Positions 58,230-64,000 of a DNA stretch of 64,000 nucleotides are shown here, piece by piece. The stretch is from Octopus vulgaris. Its lineage: Eukaryota. Positions within the stretch are counted from its first letter, which is position 1. Each line of letters begins with the position of its first letter. Below the pieces are notes generated by a model. That model did not search any database and was not told where the DNA came from. It saw nothing but the letters and a program-made list of their open reading frames with translations. Both the position numbers and the translations under genes were made by a program. Location of the stretch: contig OX597840.1 in NCBI GenBank assembly GCA_951406725.2, forward strand, positions 33,232,001 to 33,296,000, in the 5' to 3' direction.

Positions 58230-58370
58230 GAGAGAAGTCAAAAATTATCTGCACTTTTGCTTTAGCATAATTTTATCATTGTCACACTGCCTTCTGCGCA
58301 TGCGTACTTATAGTTGCTACTTATAGTTGGTACGCATGTTATTGTTGTTGCTGTTGTTGCCATCACTTCT

Positions 58371-58402
<32 letters not shown>

Positions 58403-58869
58403 CACTGACACCACCATCACCATCAACATTACCACCACCACCACCACCACCGCCACTACAATCACTGCTGTTGCTTTTGTTACCGCTTTTTTGTCGCTGT
58501 TGTTGTGACTTGTTGTTGTTGTTGTTGCTTTTGCAGTTGTGATTATAGTAATGATGATGATGATGAGGATGATGATGATGAGGATGGTGGTGGTGGTGGT
58601 GGTGGTGGTGGTGGTGGTGGCGTTGGTGCTGGCTGTATAAATCATTTGAGCTGTCACCTGAGCAATGACAAACAAACGAGATGAACAACAGCAACAACAA
58701 CAACAACAACAGCTAAAATAATGATATAAAAAAACATAAAATAAAAGAGAACAACCACGATGGCGGCGATGGCGGGGATGGCGACTAAGACGAAAACAAA
58801 ACGAAAACAAGCAAAAACAACCATTATGAATGCAACAGAAGCAACAAGGGAAACAAAAAGAAGGAACAA

Positions 58870-60385
58870 TTCTAACCACCACCGAAACCACCGCCGCCGC
58901 CACCACTACTACTACTACTACCTCTACCAACAACAGCAACATACTTCTGCTACCCTCAGCATCTACTACCATCACCACAACTACTATCACCACCATCACT
59001 ACCACCACCACCGAAACCACCGCCGCCGCCGCCACAACCATCACCGACACCACCACCATCACTACTACTACTTCAACCAAAAATAACATTATTTCTACTA
59101 CCACCAGTACCACCACCACCACCACCACCATCACTACTACTACCTCTACCACCAGCACCAGCACCACTACTACCACCGCCACCATCATCATGATCATCAC
59201 CACTACTACCACCACCACCACCACCATCACTACTACTACTTCAACCAACAACAACATTATTTCTACTACCACCAGTACCACCACCACCACCACCACCATC
59301 ACTACTACTACCTCTACCACCAGCACCACCACCACCACTACTACCACCGCACCACCATCATCATGATCATCACCGCTACTACCACCACCACCACCACCAT
59401 CACTACTACTACTTCAACCAACAACAACATTATTTCTACTACCACTAGTACCACCATCACCACCACCACCATCACTACTACTACCTCTACCACCAGCACC
59501 AGCACCACTACTACCACCGCCACCATCATCATGATCATCACCGCTACTACCACCACCACCACCACCATCACTACTACTACTTCAACCAACAACAACATTA
59601 TTTCTACTACCACCAGCACCACCACTACTACTATCACCACCATCACTACCACCATCATCATCACTGCTACCACCACCCCGCCACCACCATCGACACCACC
59701 ATCGGACACCACCATCACTACTACTACCTCTACCAACAACAACAACATTACTTCTTCTACCACCAGCACCACCACTACTACTATCACCACCACCACCACC
59801 ACCAACATAATCAACGCTACCACCACATCACCACTAACATTATCATCGCCACCACTACAAACCACTAAAACTAACACCACCACCAACACTACAACCAAAC
59901 CCACCACCACTACTACTACTATCACCAGCCACCTCTACCACCATCCTCACCGCCACCACTAAAACTAACACCACCACCACCACCACCACCGCTACTACTT
60001 CTGTCACTACCACTAGCACCATCACCACCGCTACAACCACCATCACCATCTCAACTATCATCACCACACCACCACCACCACTACCGCTATCAGATATCAC
60101 CACAGCCACCACCATCATCATCAACGATACCACCACCACCACCACCACCACCAGTACAATCATCACTTCTACTACCACTAACAAGCACCTCCACTATTAC
60201 CACCATTGCTGCCGCTATCACCACCACCACCACCACCACCACCATTACTATCAACATTACAACCACCACCTTCGCCACTACAACCACCACAACCACTACC
60301 AGTACTACTACAGCCATCACTTCTACTACCACCACGACCACCACCATCAAGACCGCCACCTCCACCACCACCACCACCACCACTG
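58870..60385. repeat. (CAC/TAC)n low-complexity tract with a ~170-bp higher-order period
   Basis: tcaaccaa..aacattatttctactacc at ~59073, 59241, 59414, 59582. Confidence 0.85.
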
Positions 60386-60774
60386 AGATTAAGATAACCT
60401 ACATCACTGTCCCCAAAATATTCTTGTTGCTGTTGTTGTTTGGGGTCTTTTTTTTTAAAAAAAAAGGGACAGAAAAAAGGATTGCAAAGAATGTAACGGG
60501 AATGGAATAGAGTCGAAAATAATGTCCCTTTTCACTGTCATATCCCAAAACTATAGGGCTTCCATCACTCGTGATAAGGGTCTTATTTTTTTTTTATGGG
60601 GTAAGGGAACTAGAGAGGGGCTAAAACAAGACCCACCGCCGCCGCCGCCGCCGCCACCACTGTCACAAAGACAACGACAGCAACATTTCGTTTCACTAAC
60701 CCCAATTCTGTGATACAAAGGGGCTTCAGTAGAAATGGAAAAAAGGGGACACGGAAAGATAAATCCTTGGGCAG

Positions 60775-61365
60775 TGTATGTATGTATGTATGTATGTATG
60801 TATGTATGTATGTATGTATGTATGTATTTACGTACGTATGTATGTATGTACGTATGTATGTATGTATGTATGTATGCATGTGTGTATGTATGTATGTGTG
60901 TGTGTATGTATGTATGTATGTATGTATATATGTATGTATGTATGATGTATGTATATGAATGTATGTATGTATGTATGTATGTATGTATGCATGTATGTAT
61001 ATGAATGTATGTATGTATGAATGTATGTATGTATGTATGTATGTATGATGTATGTATGTATGTGTTTGTATGTATGTATGTATGTATGTATGTATGTATG
61101 AATGTATGTATGTATATATGTATGTGTGTGTATGTATGTATATATGTATGTGTGTATGTATGCATGTATGTATGTATGTACGTATGTATGTATGTATGCA
61201 TGTATGTATGTATTTACGTATGTATGTATGTAGGTACGTATGTATGTATGTACGTATGTATGTAGGTAGGTTTGTGTGTATGTATGTTTGTATGTATATA
61301 TGTATGTATGTATGTAAGTATGTATGTATGTATGTTTGTATGCATGTATGTATGTAGGTAGGTAG
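60775..61365. repeat. (GTAT)n microsatellite
   Basis: About 590 bp. Confidence 0.95.
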
Positions 61366-62091
61366 GTAAGTAGGTATATACACATACATACATACACGCA
61401 TACATATAGACATATTATATACATACATACATATATACATACATATATACACACATACGTATACATCATAACAGAAGTGGGCTGAGGTTCCCTACACCTG
61501 TTTCAGACTTGTTTTTATTAATGAACTCATCAATTACATCATTTAAAAAAACCGTTTTCCTCAGGTGGATTGAAATGAAAATAAAATGAAGTCCAACAAT
61601 TTAGATTTTTCGCACAGAGAGTCAATATGCATTCTAAACTCTGTGAAAAATCATAAATGTTAAACTTAATTTCAATTTTGATTTTGATTCACCCGAAGAA
61701 AACTTTTTTTATATTTACATGATGTAACTGATACGTTCATTGATAATAAAAAAACACGACTGAAACAGCTGTAGTAAAACTCAGTCCATTTGTGTCATAT
61801 ATTTTACACCACATTCGGAATCTCCCTTGAGTCGACTGTGGACTGCATACTGGAATTTACCCTAGGTGTGATTTTACGTATACGTGGAGTGGATTTGGTC
61901 TGTACTTGTGGGTGTCTGTGTAAACGGAAGGACAAATTCGTATATACTCTAGTAGACACGTGAGTGTTCGTACACACTGTTAATGCACGGGTATGCTGTC
62001 CTTGACTCTACCTAGGTGTCCTTATTATTAAAATACTTTGGCTGTACTGGATCTTGCAAATAACAACAACAACAACATCAACAATAATAAT

Positions 62092-62352
62092 AATATCTAT
62101 CATAGTTGGCGCATTAGGTTTGATAAAAAAATATTCAGACAAATACATAACAAAAACACCAGGACTTGCAAACACATATAACATAGAGAAAATTGCACTA
62201 CTAGGCACTGCACACATCCTACGCAGAACACTTTCCATACAATAACCATAAGAGCATCACAACAAACCACAGCACATACCCAAGGCAAACACAGATGCGC
62301 TCGGTAGTGAAGTGAAAGCAAGCTATAAAAATAAAACTACTGAATAATAATA
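62092..62352 (+). mobile_element. 3' tip of an R4/Dong-like RLE non-LTR element
   Basis: IIVGALGLI...IEKIALLGTAHILRRTLSIQ*, short UTR, (AAT)n on both sides. Confidence 0.8.
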
Positions 62353-63505
62353 ATATTTATTCCAAATACAAATTCCAGAATTTGACATACTAGCAACAAG
62401 CAGAGAAAAATTCCAAACACAAATTCCAGAATTTGACATACGAGAAATAAGCACAGAAAAAGCCAAGCGTATGAAAACTCGTGCTAAAACTACTGCCTTA
62501 GATATTCTTACGGATAAATGGCAAGAAAAACCTCTCAATGGAAAATACCCAAAGAGAACTAAGAATGCCGATATTGACAAAGCCCTGACCCATCAATGGT
62601 TAATGACTTCTTGCTTAAAATCTGAAACAGAAGGGTTTACCATAGCAGCTCAAGATCAATGCCTACCTACAAGAAACTACCAGGCCAACATATTAAAGAA
62701 CGGCAGTAGCCTAACATGTCGTGTACGTCAACAACAAAATGAAACCATTGATCATGTGGTCTCCAAGTGCAGTCTTCTAGCGCCTACAGAGTATCTCAAC
62801 AGGCATGATAGAGCTGCACAATATATTCACTGGGTAATTTGCAAAAACCTGGATTTGCCCCATGATAAAAACTGGTAGGACCACAAACCACCTCCAGTGC
62901 TTGAAAATGATCACATCTCACACCTCTGGAACTTCACCATTCAAACTGACAGAAAGATAGATGCGAATATGCCAGACATCATATTGAAAGACTTCAGACA
63001 AAGAACATGCCTCCTCATTGATATGACTGTCCCAATCGATATAAACGTATCTATCAAGACCTACCAAAAACTGAGCAAATATAAAAAGTTTGAAATAGAA
63101 ATTAGCAAAATGTGGAACCTGAAAACTAAAACAATACCTGTTGTCATAGGTGCCCTGGGAATGATAGCAAAAGGGGCTGATTGCTACCTAACTCAGATAC
63201 CAGGAAACCCCAAAATGGCAGAAATTCAAAAGATAGTGCTCATGGGAACTGCTCATATCCTACGCAAAATACTTTCTATGTAATCTCAAATTTTAAAACA
63301 AACATAATTTTCTTATGGTTTCTTAAACATTCTCTAGAACAACACTAAGTACAAAACCAAATATATGGCACACTAGGCATAACAACAACATGAACTTCCA
63401 ACCTGTTGTCTCTTGAGGTCTCTGGGTGAGACTTGGAGCCAACTTGTACAAATGTAAAGCGAAAGTCAAACATAAAATAACAACAACAATAACAATAATA
63501 ATAAT
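62353..63505 (+). mobile_element. 5'-truncated R4/Dong-like non-LTR element with restriction-like endonuclease; one in-frame stop at 62876-62878
   Basis: ETEGFTIAAQDQ, decayed CCHC (CRVRQQQNETIDHVVSKC), RHD, PDII..D..P..K..KY, LMGTAHILRKIL; (AAT/AAC)n tail. Confidence 0.9.
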
Positions 63506-64000
63506 AAATGCCCTGATGCAGTACCAGACAGTGGCTCTCATGGCTTCTCATCTTAACTGATTGGAAGTGTTATCATGTACATTGTTTTGTCTTGGTATAA
63601 AAGATGGGCTACAGCAAATATTCTGCTCAATACCACAGATTTGCTTGTCAGTTGTTTGACCTTAACCAGTTGAGCATGTCTCTTCGTGGCTGACGATATG
63701 TGCATCTCTGATCATGAGCAGAAGTAGTGGGGGAGCATCATAGCCATGTGATGAGAGGGATTCTTTGGGGTTTTAATAATTCACCCCTGGAAACATGGGT
63801 GTTTCATTCAACATCTTTTAACAACCCTTATTCAGGGACTTTTGAGCGGGATGGGCTACCCGACCAGAAGCAAATTCTAACTGGGCCCCACCTACAAGGT
63901 CATGCGCTGTTTATCTTGATATGAAATCACCATGTCACGCACATATGGTTGTGAAGCATGTGCCTGGGGTACCCTTATCAGACGGGTAGTCATGATGGGT
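63505..64000 (+). mobile_element. Family E copy, runs off the window end
   Basis: Reverse-complement homology to 12780-13277. Confidence 0.85.

Overview
This is eukaryotic, gene-poor, repeat-saturated DNA with no credible intact host protein-coding gene. Nearly all supplied ORFs are translations of microsatellites (TA, CA, GTAT, GATA, AAT, CAC). The SINE families and microsatellite density resemble octopus genomes; that is an inference, not checked. Recognisable content: four tRNA-derived SINE families (my labels A-D); decayed LINEs (CR1/L2-group RT, Tx1/L1 pieces, two tandem R4/Dong-like RLE elements at an AAT tract); two Penelope-like (PLE) GIY-YIG relics; Helitron-like, hAT and mariner relics. 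The main unannotated signal is about 15 type-I hammerhead-ribozyme (HHR) motifs in several unrelated short repeat families. They sit in tandem, palindromic and inverted pLTR-like arrangements, mostly against (TA)n tracts. Two families show compensatory base changes between copies, and one family is physically joined to a Neptune-like GIY-YIG relic. This points to a diverse population of PLE-derived, ribozyme-carrying non-autonomous elements (retrozyme-like). All structures were read by eye, element ends are approximate, and catalytic activity is untested.
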